Below, piece by piece: positions 33,003-43,291 of a stretch of DNA of 64,000 nucleotides. Under the pieces are notes generated by a model, which worked only from the letters and a program-made list of their open reading frames with translations, was not told where the DNA came from and made no database searches. The DNA comes from an uncultured Methanoregulaceae archaeon (GTDB lineage: Archaea > Halobacteriota > Methanomicrobia > Methanomicrobiales > Methanospirillaceae): assembly GCA_963737635.1 (NCBI GenBank), contig CAVTTL010000001.1, forward strand, positions 480,001 through 544,000. The letters are read 5' to 3'. Every line of letters starts with the position of its first letter. Positions within the stretch are counted from its first letter, which is position 1. The position numbers and the translations under genes were made by a program.

Positions 33003-34010
33003 CTACATTCGACCCGCCATAAATGATGCGAGATCCAAAAGTCTCCGTGCGTATCCCCATTCGTTGTCGTACCAGATCATCACTTTAACCACATTTCCCC
33101 CGATAACCGCCGTAGAAGAAGCATCGACAATTGCAGATCTGGGATTCCCGACGATATCGGCCGATACCAGCTCTTCCGTAGAATACTCCAGAATGCCACT
33201 GAGTTCCTTTTCGGCCGCGTTTTTCAGAGCCGTATTTACCTCTTCTGCGGTAACCTGTCGTCCAAGGTGCGCGACAACGTCGGTGATCGATCCGTCCGGG
33301 ACGGGGACGCGGATCGCAATGGCATGCATTTTGTCTTTCAGTGCCGGGATGGTCAAAACGGTTGCCTCTGCCGCTCCTGTCGAAGAGGGGATTATCGATA
33401 CGGCGGCTGCACGACCCCGTCGTTTTTTACGGGCAGATTCGTCGACAAGGGCCTGGCTCGAGGTATATGCATGGACGGTTGTCATCATCAGATAATCGAT
33501 ACCGAAAGCATCGTTGAGGACTTTTGCGACCGGTGCAATGCTGTTTGTTGTACATGAAGCGTTTGAAACGACGTGATGCTTTTTGGGATCGAATGTCTTC
33601 TCATTTACTCCCATGACAAAGGTAGCATCAGATTCTGACGCTGGTGCACTGATAATGACTTTTTCAGCACCTGCCTGCAGATGCTTTGCCGCATCCTTTC
33701 GGTGCGTGAAAACCCCGGTGCATTCCAGCACGATATCGATATTATGCTTCTTCCACGGGATCAGGGCCGGGTCCCGGTTATTCACAATAGTGACCCGATG
33801 CGATCCCAGCATAAGAAAATCCGGACCGTAAGAGATGGGAAATGAGGCTTTTCCATGCACTGAATCATATTTGATCAGGTACGCGAGATCCTCCATGGCC
33901 GTCGAGGAATTTGCAGCAGTAAGCTGGATGTTTTCCGGCGGGTTTTCTATATAATGTCTCAGTACAAGCCGGCCAATCCGGCCAAGGCCATTGATAGCAA
34001 CTTTTTTCAT
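33003..34010 (-). CDS. gap: Type I (bacterial-like) glyceraldehyde-3-phosphate dehydrogenase
   Basis: INGLGRIGR, YDSVHG, ECTG, SNASCTTN, TVHAYT, PSSTGAA, RVP, WYDNEWGY. Confidence 0.92.
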   Translation of the reverse strand: MKKVAINGLGRIGRLVLRHYIENPPENIQLTAANSSTAMEDLAYLIKYDSVHGKASFPISYGPDFLMLGSHRVTIVNNRDPALIPWKKHNIDIVLECTGVFTHRKDAAKHLQAGAEKVIISAPASESDATFVMGVNEKTFDPKKHHVVSNASCTTNSIAPVAKVLNDAFGIDYLMMTTVHAYTSSQALVDESARKKRRGRAAAVSIIPSSTGAAEATVLTIPALKDKMHAIAIRVPVPDGSITDVVAHLGRQVTAEEVNTALKNAAEKELSGILEYSTEELVSADIVGNPRSAIVDASSTAVIGGNVVKVMIWYDNEWGYARRLLDLASFMAGRM

Positions 34011-34276
34011 AGCATGCCTTCCTTGAATTGCTGACGTTATCACCGCCTTTTTGGGGTATAGAGCCTTTTCCAAAAGCCAGATTTTGAAACAAAAACTGAA
34101 ACGATCAGGAAGTAAACCGGAAAGAAGTTTTCAGTCCTTGATTGTTGTTCACTGGAAAGTCAAGGGGCCCGAATTCAATTTTTTGGAGAAAATAACTTCT
34201 CCAAGATTATCAAACGTGAGAGAAAATCTAAATAAAGTGATTACGAGAAGTATGAACCGTGATCATCCTGAAACCA

Positions 34277-34912
34277 TCAGCCGAGCTTGCGTTTTGCGGC
34301 CAAGATCCGGTCTTTGAGGTCGCGAGCAGCTTCGGTAATATCCGGTTGCCCAACCACTGCTGAGATCACAGCAACCCCGTCGGCACCTGATGCTATAACC
34401 TCTCCCACATTATCGCGACTGATGCCGCCTATACCAATGACCGGTATCGACACTGCTGCCCGGATCTTCCGCAATGCTTCCAGGCCGTACCCTGGCCCGG
34501 CACCACTTTTGGACGATGTCGCAAAGACAGGGCTCACGGCAACATAGTCTGCCCCCCCTGATTCAGCTGCAATTGCTTCACCGACATTCCCGACGGAGAC
34601 GCCAATCACAAAAGGGCGGGGCGCAATCTGTCGTGCTACGTTTATCGGGAGATCCTCCTGCCCCAGATGAACCCCATCGGCCCCGCAGGCAAGCGCAATG
34701 TCCAACCGGTCGTTTACAATAAAGAGGGTTCCGGTCTTTTGGGTGATTATTCGGATCTCACGTCCGGTACTGCAAAATGCCCGTGTGCCGCAGCGTTTAT
34801 CCCGGAGCTGAATCGCATCTGCTCCCCCATCGCACGCAAGGCGTGCAATCTCCGCGTGGGTTCGTCCTGTGGCAATCACTTCATCCGTGATTACATAGAG
34901 ATCGAGATCCAT
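34277..34912 (-). CDS. thiE: Thiamine-phosphate synthase
   Basis: LYVITD, QLRDK, IVNDRLDIA..ADGVHLGQED, TSSK, IGGI. Confidence 0.95.
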   Translation of the reverse strand: MDLDLYVITDEVIATGRTHAEIARLACDGGADAIQLRDKRCGTRAFCSTGREIRIITQKTGTLFIVNDRLDIALACGADGVHLGQEDLPINVARQIAPRPFVIGVSVGNVGEAIAAESGGADYVAVSPVFATSSKSGAGPGYGLEALRKIRAAVSIPVIGIGGISRDNVGEVIASGADGVAVISAVVGQPDITEAARDLKDRILAAKRKLG

Positions 34913-34922
34913 AACCCCACGT

Positions 34923-35723
34923 TCAGCCGGATTTTACCCGCGCACCTGCCAGAACATCCTTTGGCGTGAGTGCCGCCATCTCATCGAAGAGTGCCACCTT
35001 AAAAGAGCCGGGACCCTGGCTTTTTTCTGCTGCCCGTTCTCCTGCAAGCCCAAAAGCGGTAAGAGCGGTTGCCGCTGCCGTCACCATATCCCCGTTTATC
35101 GCTGCGCAGACCCCGGTCACCGAGGTCGCCATGCACCCGGTTCCGGAGAGCGTACCCATCTTTGAATGGCCGTTTTCCACGAGGAGGACGCGTTTTCCGT
35201 CCGTGACTATATCGGTTGCACCGCTCATTACGATAGTGATTCCCGTATCGCGGGCAAATGTCCGGGTAACATCCACCGGATCGCCCTTTAACCCCGCCGA
35301 ATCGACGCCTCGCACCTTTGCATCCACACCGGCAAGCACTCCGATCTCCCCGGCGTTTCCCTTGACGATGGCAATGTTCAATTCGTCGAGAAGGCGCTTT
35401 GTACTCTCCGTCCGGAGCCGTGTGGCTCCCGCACCAACCGGATCGAGGATGATTGGGATCTTGCGTTCGTTCGCCATGTTCCCGGCGAGGATCATGCTCT
35501 CGATAATCCCCGGATTGAGCGTCCCGATGTTTAAGACGAGAGCACCCGCAAAGCCTGCCATCTCTCCTGCCTCTTCCCAGGCATCGGCCATCACCGGCGC
35601 CCCTCCGGCGCAGATAGTGATGTTTGCGCAGTCATTAACCGTCACGTAATTCGTTATATGGTGGACAAGGGGGTGATGCTCCCTTGCCCGGGAAAAGATA
35701 TCGGAAAAGACCTGGGAATCCAT
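34923..35723 (-). CDS. thiM: Hydroxyethylthiazole kinase
   Basis: [42 protein letters not shown]. Confidence 0.95.
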   Translation of the reverse strand: MDSQVFSDIFSRAREHHPLVHHITNYVTVNDCANITICAGGAPVMADAWEEAGEMAGFAGALVLNIGTLNPGIIESMILAGNMANERKIPIILDPVGAGATRLRTESTKRLLDELNIAIVKGNAGEIGVLAGVDAKVRGVDSAGLKGDPVDVTRTFARDTGITIVMSGATDIVTDGKRVLLVENGHSKMGTLSGTGCMATSVTGVCAAINGDMVTAAATALTAFGLAGERAAEKSQGPGSFKVALFDEMAALTPKDVLAGARVKSG

Positions 35724-35842
35724 GCTGTTTCACCGATTTGTTCTTCCGTTCGGGTGTACGAACCGTACACGATTATGGGACGGGAGGCGTAATAAATCGT
35801 GGCTGCAGGTAATAAAAATAACCGGCACATGCTCTTTTGGGG

Positions 35843-38485
35843 TTACCGCGTGAGCTCTTCCAGAGTGGCCACGAGCAGGTCGATTTCTTGCCGGGTGTTG
35901 TAATAGGCAAGACTTGCCCGCACCGTTCCGTCAGGGAGGCCGAGGCTTTCTACCAGCGGTTGGCAGCAGTGGTGGCCTGACCGCACCATAATATCTGCTG
36001 CCTCGTCGAGCTGCTGGGCCACTTCGTGAGGGTGGAACCCATCAACCGTGAAGGAGACCACCCCGATCCGGTGTGCCGGATCCTGCGGGGCATATACGTG
36101 AACACGATCGTTCCTGGCGAGAGCGGCGATCAGCCTATTGGTGAGATCCGTCTCGTACCGGTGGATCTGTTCCATCCCGATCAGATGGAGGTAGTCCACT
36201 GCAGCGCCAAGACCGATGCCACCCGCAATATTGGGTGTCCCCGCTTCGTACTGTTGGTAACCCTGCGCCGGTGTGAATCCATCAGAGGTGACCGCCTCGA
36301 CCATGCCACCGCCAAGCACGAGAGGTTCGATACAAGGCTCCTTCATCCAGAGTACACCCGTTCCGGTCGGCCCGGACATCTTATGGCCCGAGAAACAATA
36401 GAAATCACACCCGAGTTCCTGTACGTCCACCGGCAGGTGCGGGACAGCCTGCGCTCCATCGACAAGAAGGCGCACCCCATGATCATGGCAGATCCTCCCA
36501 ATCTCCTTCACGGGGGTAACCGTACCAAGTACGTTTGATGCCTGCGTAACAGCAACGAGACGCGTCGAATCGGTAATCGCTTTTTCCAGAGCAGTAATGT
36601 CGAGCGTATACTCCGGGGTGATGCCGACGATATCCGTGGCGACATCTTGACGGGCGAGACGGCGCCAGGGAAGGAGGTTCGAGTGGTGTTCGAGGATAGT
36701 GGTGATCACCCGGTCGCCGGGCTTCCAAGTGAGCCCCCGTGCAACCATATTAACTGATTCAGTCGTGTTCTTGGTGAAAACGGTGACCCCGTTTTTCCCG
36801 CCAATAAATTCTGCGATCTTCTCATGGGCATGCCAGTACCGCTGGCTTGCAATGCTGGTGAGCCGGTGGACCCCTCGCCCCACGTTTGCCCGGTACCGGT
36901 GCTCGAATTCGACCATCGCGGCTACAACAGGTTCCGGGGAGAAGCTGGTCGCCGCATTGTCGAGATAGATAATATCGCCGAGAATGGGAAAGTCGCGGCG
37001 GATAGCTTCCACGTTATATCTCCCGATCTCCTGTATTGCCATATCCGGTTCCATGATTCTTTTTCCTGCTATTTCAACCGTCTCTTCTCTTTCTGCGGGT
37101 GGTTCTGCCTGCAGGGTATAATCATCCCGTACTGGTATGCCCCGGTCACGGCAGAGCTCGCGCATCTTTGGCGGTAGGGCCCGCCAGCGCCAGAGACCCC
37201 ACTGGTGATAAGCGTCAGGCAACCCTCGTTTTTTTGCGTAGGCCACCAAAAACGCGTCCCAACGCTTGGCATAGTCCGGGTGCATAGATCTAAGCTCTTC
37301 GTACTCGCTTTCAAGCATGGATGGGCAGACATAGCACCCAATCCGTTCGATCCCCCGGTCGTAGAGCGAGTTTATTTCAGCCTTCTGCCACCAGAGGTAA
37401 AGAAAAACCTCAAGAGCTCTCCAGTTCCTTATCGGTGAGATATTAAGCTGGAGAGGGTTTGCCGGGTTCTGGCTCGTCTCTTCAAGCGCTGCCCGGTTCC
37501 AAGACTCATACCACCGGTTACCCTGCACTGTGACGCAGGGACCCACCTCGGCAAGATGAAGCTTGAGGGGCCGGAGTTTCAGGAGTTTGCAACACCACCG
37601 GTTATCCTTTCCCGGGGGCCCGGCTTTTTCTGCCGCTGAAAAGAAATCCCCTGCTTTTTCTATAACGGGAACTCCTTGCGATCTCACGAATGCAACCGTC
37701 TCAGGAAACTCAATGCCGGTATCGAGGAAGAACGCATCGGTTACCCCTGCTTTGCGTGCGAGCGTCAGTACAGCGGTACTGTCTTTTCCCCCCGAAAAAG
37801 AAACATTGCATACCGGCCGGTCGTGGATATGCTGTTTGATCATCCGGATCGCGTTCCGTTCAAGATTTTTTAAATGATACCGGTTCTGCCGGACAACCTC
37901 CGCCAAGTCCGGGTTCCTGCCAGTACGGAGATCAACCGGTGCCAGTTCCCTGACCCGGACATAACCGTCTTTGACAGTCCCGGTTCCGAACCGGTTTTTG
38001 AGTTGCACGATCGCCGTACCGTCAGGCACCGAGTGCAAGAGTCTGAACTTCTTGCCCCCCATGCGTCCTCCACCATGCCCCGGTTCGATACCGGTGCCAA
38101 GGTCGATCACCCCGGCAGTCACATGCTTGAGGATAAACGGCAGTGCCTCCGGGGAAAGATCGAACGAGAACTTCCGGGTAACCGGATCGAAGGAGAGCCA
38201 GCCGAAACGGTGACCGTGTGCGATCACGAGATCTGCCCGGTCCAAGCCGCCAGTCTTGTTGAGCAGGAGGACGGTCTGGACGGGTACGTTCCCGAACCGT
38301 TCCCGCACCAGCCTTTTTATGAGGGCCATGTCAGCCGCAAGCGCCGGGCGTACGTCGTACGGCTGAAGAAGTTCAATCTCCCGTCCCTCCGCACCGCAGG
38401 CACAGGTCCTGCCAATCAGCGGGACATTGCACCGGTCGCACCAGTAGAGAATCTTTTTTACCGGCGGCTCATGCGTCACACTCAC
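35843..38485 (-). CDS. Fusion of a PAPS-reductase-family domain and a SufS-type cysteine desulfurase
   Basis: N-terminal CxxC...CxC finger, SFSGGKDS, WCCKLLK, RIGCYVCP; then YLDNAATS, EHHSN, DGAQ, SGHKM, RSGHHC. One uninterrupted 880-aa ORF. Confidence 0.9.
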   Translation of the reverse strand: MSVTHEPPVKKILYWCDRCNVPLIGRTCACGAEGREIELLQPYDVRPALAADMALIKRLVRERFGNVPVQTVLLLNKTGGLDRADLVIAHGHRFGWLSFDPVTRKFSFDLSPEALPFILKHVTAGVIDLGTGIEPGHGGGRMGGKKFRLLHSVPDGTAIVQLKNRFGTGTVKDGYVRVRELAPVDLRTGRNPDLAEVVRQNRYHLKNLERNAIRMIKQHIHDRPVCNVSFSGGKDSTAVLTLARKAGVTDAFFLDTGIEFPETVAFVRSQGVPVIEKAGDFFSAAEKAGPPGKDNRWCCKLLKLRPLKLHLAEVGPCVTVQGNRWYESWNRAALEETSQNPANPLQLNISPIRNWRALEVFLYLWWQKAEINSLYDRGIERIGCYVCPSMLESEYEELRSMHPDYAKRWDAFLVAYAKKRGLPDAYHQWGLWRWRALPPKMRELCRDRGIPVRDDYTLQAEPPAEREETVEIAGKRIMEPDMAIQEIGRYNVEAIRRDFPILGDIIYLDNAATSFSPEPVVAAMVEFEHRYRANVGRGVHRLTSIASQRYWHAHEKIAEFIGGKNGVTVFTKNTTESVNMVARGLTWKPGDRVITTILEHHSNLLPWRRLARQDVATDIVGITPEYTLDITALEKAITDSTRLVAVTQASNVLGTVTPVKEIGRICHDHGVRLLVDGAQAVPHLPVDVQELGCDFYCFSGHKMSGPTGTGVLWMKEPCIEPLVLGGGMVEAVTSDGFTPAQGYQQYEAGTPNIAGGIGLGAAVDYLHLIGMEQIHRYETDLTNRLIAALARNDRVHVYAPQDPAHRIGVVSFTVDGFHPHEVAQQLDEAADIMVRSGHHCCQPLVESLGLPDGTVRASLAYYNTRQEIDLLVATLEELTR

Positions 38486-38564
38486 ATGATTAGGGCGCGA
38501 GGAAGATAAGAGAAACGCTTCAGGAAATCAGATACAGCGAAAAAGATGCAGGAAAAAAGGGGGA

Positions 38565-38813
38565 TTATTCTTGACTCCCGGCCTCTGCAAGGGCTGAACG
38601 TATCTGTTCTTTGACATCATTTGAAATATCAAGGCTGTCCAGTGCCCGCAAGAGGAGAAGCCGAGCCATCTGCTGGCCCCCGGGAGTTGCGAGGTATGAG
38701 TCGATGGCCTCTTTTCCCTGATGAGAGGAGAGAAAGGATCGGATCGCATCCTGTCCTTTCGGAGAGGCAAGATATTCTGCAACCATTCCCTGAATGCCCT
38801 CAAGTACGCTCAT
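38565..38813 (-). CDS. Small hypothetical protein
   Basis: 82-aa ORF with an internal repeat (YLASPKGQ / FLSSHQGK / YLATPGGQ). Confidence 0.65.
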   Translation of the reverse strand: MSVLEGIQGMVAEYLASPKGQDAIRSFLSSHQGKEAIDSYLATPGGQQMARLLLLRALDSLDISNDVKEQIRSALAEAGSQE

Positions 38814-38885
38814 CAGATGTCACCAAAGAATAGCAGGTACTGGAACAACCGAACAGATAAAGGTACCAGAATTTTTTTCAGCGTA

Positions 38886-39514
38886 TCAGGTAGGCAAAAA
38901 AACGTTGCCAGCCCCGTCAGTACTCTCCGGCACAGGTATACAAACTATTTTTTCGTTTTTAACCCGGGCGCGGTGCTCGGCTACCATCTCGCCGCAGACA
39001 GCACACGGGACCGATTTGGAGATCCGTGCTTTTTCAAGGATTTCCGACCTTGCTTCTCTCTCTATGAAAAGCGCGCCAATCGGGATCGTGAGGATCTTTT
39101 CGGTGATGGCAGCCTGGCGCTCGTTGAACTCTTGTATTTTGTCCGGCGTCGCTTTCCCGGCCATCACTCCTCCGCGCAATCCCGATATCACTGGATCGAT
39201 CCGTTCAGTCAGGGGATCACTAGACTGGACAAGCCGTAATGCCGCGCCGGTACTGAGGCTGATGAACGTGTATGCGTGTTTGCCCAAATCGGGGAGGATC
39301 AGGTTTCCCTTGCTAACAGAACATCCGGTGATAGCCTGCATGGCATCAATCCCGCACGCATCGTTCTCGACAATGGCAACTAAGTTCTCATTATCGGATC
39401 GTTCGCATGCAGGCAGTGAGAGCATGTCTGGCTGCCCGGACCTAATGCAAGACCGGGACAGGAATGGCCATGGAAGGCAACTGCATCGTCGTAAGTCTGA
39501 TAGTGGCACGTCAT
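38886..39514 (-). CDS. fmdE: FmdE family protein with C-terminal Zn finger (frameshifted)
   Basis: FHGHSCPGLALG (frame from 39514), then ENDACGIDAMQAITGCS..GNL and CAVCGE..CIP in a second frame. Confidence 0.82.
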
Positions 39515-39674
39515 AATCTTCACGTAGATAGTCACTTGCCGGGAGGAGGGTAAAACCGTTTCGCCCATGCCGGTCTGCCGGAAGCGGACCGGGTTATCCG
39601 GGTGTACCGGTACACTTTTCTGACACTAAGGTATATACGAGCCGGGCGCAGAGGAAAAGATCGGTGCATTAACC

Positions 39675-40079
39675 ATGGCAAGATTGACAGAAGAGATGAA
39701 GGAAGCGTTCCAGAAGATGAAAATATTCCCGGTTGCGACCGCATCCAAGGACGGAACGCCAAACGTCATCCCGATCGGGATTGTCGAACTTATCAGCGAC
39801 GACACGATCTGGATCACAGACAATTTCATGAACAAGACACTCGATAATCTCAAGGCCAACCCGAAGATCGCACTCTATGTGTGGGGACCGGAGATCAAGG
39901 GGTGCTTCCAGATCAAGGGACATGTCACCATCAAAACAAGCGGCAAGGAGTATGATGAGATGAAAGCGAAGATTAACAAGAAGAACCCGGCGCTCCCTGC
40001 ACGGTCGCTCCTTATCGTGAAGATCACCGAAGTCTTTGAGTGCAAACCCGGGGCGACGGCTGGATCAAAACTCCTCTGA
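39675..40079 (+). CDS. Pyridoxamine 5'-phosphate oxidase-like FMN-binding protein
   Basis: VATASKDGTPNV, DNFMNKT..NL..NP, FQIKG. Confidence 0.9.
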   Translation: MARLTEEMKEAFQKMKIFPVATASKDGTPNVIPIGIVELISDDTIWITDNFMNKTLDNLKANPKIALYVWGPEIKGCFQIKGHVTIKTSGKEYDEMKAKINKKNPALPARSLLIVKITEVFECKPGATAGSKLL

Positions 40080-40150
40080 TACTCTTTTTTGAACTCTCGG
40101 ATCCGGATGATCCTGCATAAAGGAAAGAACCGGATCGTTGCGAAAAAAGA

Positions 40151-40456
40151 TTAATTTCCAAATTGCTCTACTGCATCTGGCAGAGAGTGAGCGACCCCCC
40201 GGATCCCTGATACGGTCACGGTCATGAGGATCGCATCGATGACCTCTTCCCGGCTCGCCCCCGCCGCCCGCGCCAAGGGTATATGGGCGTTTACCGCCGT
40301 GTCGTCACCCATCGCCACCTTCATTGCGATATAGATGAGCTGCTTGGTCTTTGCATCGAGTGCCGGTCTCTTTACGACTGCCATGATCAGGTTGTTGAAT
40401 GCTGCAGCGACTTCAGGGGCCTCTTCATTGAACAGTTCCATAGTGTTTTTTGCCAT
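40151..40456 (-). CDS. Carboxymuconolactone decarboxylase (CMD) family protein
   Basis: LDAKTKQLIYIA, H..ARAAGASREEV. Confidence 0.88.
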   Translation of the reverse strand: MAKNTMELFNEEAPEVAAAFNNLIMAVVKRPALDAKTKQLIYIAMKVAMGDDTAVNAHIPLARAAGASREEVIDAILMTVTVSGIRGVAHSLPDAVEQFGN

Positions 40457-40666
40457 ACTATGCGCCTCAGATACCCTAGTTGCCGGGCATTGGGTATATA
40501 TCTTTAAGAGAATCTGGCGTCAGGGAGATGCGAAAAAAGTAAGTGTGGCGGTTTTTATACCTCAATGTTGCCGGAAGAGAATGTTTATATGACAAAATGT
40601 TAAATAAACTATACAAGATGTTGGCAATAACATACCACATCTCTACGGAACAAGGAAGATCATACC

Positions 40667-41248
40667 ATGAGAGCACCACAAATTCTGACAGGAAGTATCG
40701 CATTACTTCTCTTTGCCCTCGTCATCTTGGGATTCGGGATAGGCCCTGTCAGTGCATCGGCGGTACAAGGACAGTACGGCAACTCTACCGCGGTGCACGG
40801 CCATGGGGGAGGGCACCATTTCGCCCGCAACAGTGCCCAGCGGAATACGATGACCGAAGCGTTCATCACTAAACTGCAGAACCAGGGAGTTGACGTGAGC
40901 ACAGTTCAGGCTGCATTCCAGAACAACGATACCACCGCGGTGAACGCGTGGTTTAAATCGTATAGCGAATCGCACCAAGGATCATTTGGCAATTTCACCC
41001 ACGTGGAGAGGGGAACCGGTTTTAAGGTTAATGCAACCGCACAACAGGTCCATCTCAAGTCATTCATCTCCAAGCTACAAAGCCAGGGAGTTGACGTAAG
41101 CTCAGTTCAGACCGCACTCCAGCACAACGACACCGCTACAGTAACTTCGTGGCTCAAATCGTTCTTTGAAGCCCATCCCAATACCATGACCAATTCGACC
41201 CGGCCGCACTGGCACCAATGGAACTCGACGGCCAGCAAATCATCATAA
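40667..41248 (+). CDS. Secreted hypothetical protein with two internal repeats
   Basis: Signal peptide; FITKLQNQGVDVSTVQAAFQNNDTTAVNAWFKSY and FISKLQSQGVDVSSVQTALQHNDTATVTSWLKSF. Confidence 0.75.
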   Translation: MRAPQILTGSIALLLFALVILGFGIGPVSASAVQGQYGNSTAVHGHGGGHHFARNSAQRNTMTEAFITKLQNQGVDVSTVQAAFQNNDTTAVNAWFKSYSESHQGSFGNFTHVERGTGFKVNATAQQVHLKSFISKLQSQGVDVSSVQTALQHNDTATVTSWLKSFFEAHPNTMTNSTRPHWHQWNSTASKSS

Positions 41249-41391
41249 CCGGATCCATCTACCTATACTCTTTTCCACCGGCGGCCCGTTACAGATCAGC
41301 TAAACGATTATCGGTTCTCAGGGATGTCTTTTTTACATCACAAATTCTGGTATGTTCCCCCACCTTTTGCGAGAATACGGTGAACTAATTC

Positions 41392-42309
41392 TTACACGAG
41401 GAGGTACGCAAGGATCGGAATTGTCGCAAGGCACAGGAGTGTAGAAATAAAGACCCCCTGCGAGGCAAGTGTCGAGTCCACCTTGTATTCCTCCGAGAGC
41501 AGTACCGAATTTGCCGCAACTGGCATCGCAATTAGGAGAAGGGCGGCCCCGAGCAAGAGTTTGTCGGCGACAAAAGGTGAGAGCAGGAGAAATGCCATGA
41601 TCGGGAAGATAACGAGCCGGAGCGCTGCTACCAGATACACCCGCCAGTCCCCGGCAAGCCGTTTGGCGGGAAGGGTTGCAAGCAGCGCACCTACCACAAG
41701 CATGGCAAGCGGTGTGGTGGCCGATCCAACCAGTTCGAGACCGGCATCCACCGGTGCAGGGAGCATAATATGGGAGAGGAAGAAGGCGAGACCGGCAAAT
41801 GAGGCCACAAGACCCGGTGAAAGCAAAACTTTTGGGTCAAATTTTCCGGGCCGGCCCCGGGCAAGCAACCAGACCCCGAGGGTAAAGACAAGGAAATTGA
41901 ACGGGAGGTTGAAGAGGATCACATAGAAGAGCGAATCGGGGCCGAGTACCGCCTGTGCCACCGGGATCCCCATGAACATGGTATTAGGAAAGACCAGCAT
42001 AAATTGAAAGACCCCTTTCTCCGCTTGGGTTGAAGGAAGGAAACGGCAGATGAGAACGCTGACCAGAAACGCTGCAATGTAGTAACAGAAGGCGACGAAG
42101 AGCATGCTGTCAACGATCCCCATAGTCTTTGCCGTTTCCGGCACCTGCATGCTACTGATAGTAAGGGCAGGCAACGATATGTTGACAAGAATGTGGGAGA
42201 TCAGATGAACTCGGCCGCCATTGAGGATGCCGTACCCGCGTGCAGCAAACCCGATCCCGATAAGGACAAAAAGGGAGATAATTGCGGTAAGAATGGCGAA
42301 AGGTTCCAT
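41392..42309 (-). CDS. AEC (auxin efflux carrier) family transporter
   Basis: NISLPAL, FPNTMFMGIP, PLAMLVVG, AMPVAANS; about 10 TM helices. Confidence 0.88.
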   Translation of the reverse strand: MEPFAILTAIISLFVLIGIGFAARGYGILNGGRVHLISHILVNISLPALTISSMQVPETAKTMGIVDSMLFVAFCYYIAAFLVSVLICRFLPSTQAEKGVFQFMLVFPNTMFMGIPVAQAVLGPDSLFYVILFNLPFNFLVFTLGVWLLARGRPGKFDPKVLLSPGLVASFAGLAFFLSHIMLPAPVDAGLELVGSATTPLAMLVVGALLATLPAKRLAGDWRVYLVAALRLVIFPIMAFLLLSPFVADKLLLGAALLLIAMPVAANSVLLSEEYKVDSTLASQGVFISTLLCLATIPILAYLLV

Positions 42310-42550
42310 AGTTGAGACCCTTGACCTATGAGACTGCCAGACGCCACATACCAGAATTACACACACTTATCTGGATTGTGTGCGCTAATAGGACGCTCTG
42401 AGCGGTCTCTATCCGGCCGTGAAAAACCGCCGGCGCATGCAGGTAACAATGTTGATCTGATGCGGACTTATACATTGGGAAAGGAACAGGAGAGATCGGC
42501 GGACTGGAAAAAAGAAACAATGCGGCCGTCGCCGCAATTATCCGGCAGGT

Positions 42551-43291
42551 TCACGCTGCTGTAATTCTGTCATAAAAAAGCGCTGCGGTCACGGCTCCAC
42601 AGACGGGACCGATTACATAGATCGGAAAGTACTGCCAGAGGTTTGCACCGCTAAGCAGCCCTTCCATAAGGTACGGCCCGAACGTTCGTGCCGGGTTGAT
42701 AGATGAACCGGAGATATTACCGGCCATCGTGATCATCCCGGCGACAGTAAGCCCGATTATGAGCCCGGCAAATCCCGGCGTGGCCTGCCGGTCTACCGCG
42801 ACACCCATGATCACAAGCATGAGGACAAAGGTTGCCATGCCCTCGATAAGGATTGCCTGCCCGTACCCGATTCCCGGGAATGGTGCAGTGGCGCCAAGCC
42901 CGCCAACCGTGACCGCCTGTGGCCCGAGCGTCAAAAACAGGAGCAGGCTTCCTGCCGCGGCGCCGATGCACTGCGCAACCACATAGGCAACGGTATCACC
43001 GGCAGGAAACCGTTTTGTCGCCCATAATGCAATGGTCACCGCCGGGTTAATATGGGCACCGGAGACCCGGCCGAGCGCGTAGATCACGGCGGCGACCACG
43101 ATCCCGAACACAAGACCGATAGCAAGCCAGTCGCCAAGCCCCCCCAGCTGCCCTATCCCAACATTAAATGCCGTCGCGGGCTTGGTACCTGCTGCAATCA
43201 GCAGCGTGATCACCACCGATCCCGTCCCGAAATAGACCAAAAGAAGTGTGCCAACCCCTTCCGCAAGGCAGCGGGACGAGAGCGAGGCCAT
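42551..43291 (-). CDS. aqpM: MIP family channel (aquaporin AqpM-like)
   Basis: SGAHINPAVT and GSSINPART (two NPA motifs). Confidence 0.92.
   Translation of the reverse strand: MASLSSRCLAEGVGTLLLVYFGTGSVVITLLIAAGTKPATAFNVGIGQLGGLGDWLAIGLVFGIVVAAVIYALGRVSGAHINPAVTIALWATKRFPAGDTVAYVVAQCIGAAAGSLLLFLTLGPQAVTVGGLGATAPFPGIGYGQAILIEGMATFVLMLVIMGVAVDRQATPGFAGLIIGLTVAGMITMAGNISGSSINPARTFGPYLMEGLLSGANLWQYFPIYVIGPVCGAVTAALFYDRITAA

Noticed and set aside
33781-33794. TTCACAATAGTGAC, similar to the cysteine-island palindrome
   Set aside because: It lies inside the gap coding sequence with no promoter context; probably chance.
35601-35610. CCCTCCGGCG match to the tRNA-Thr 3' end as a possible attR
   Set aside because: Only 10 bp, inside intact thiM, and no integrase in the window.
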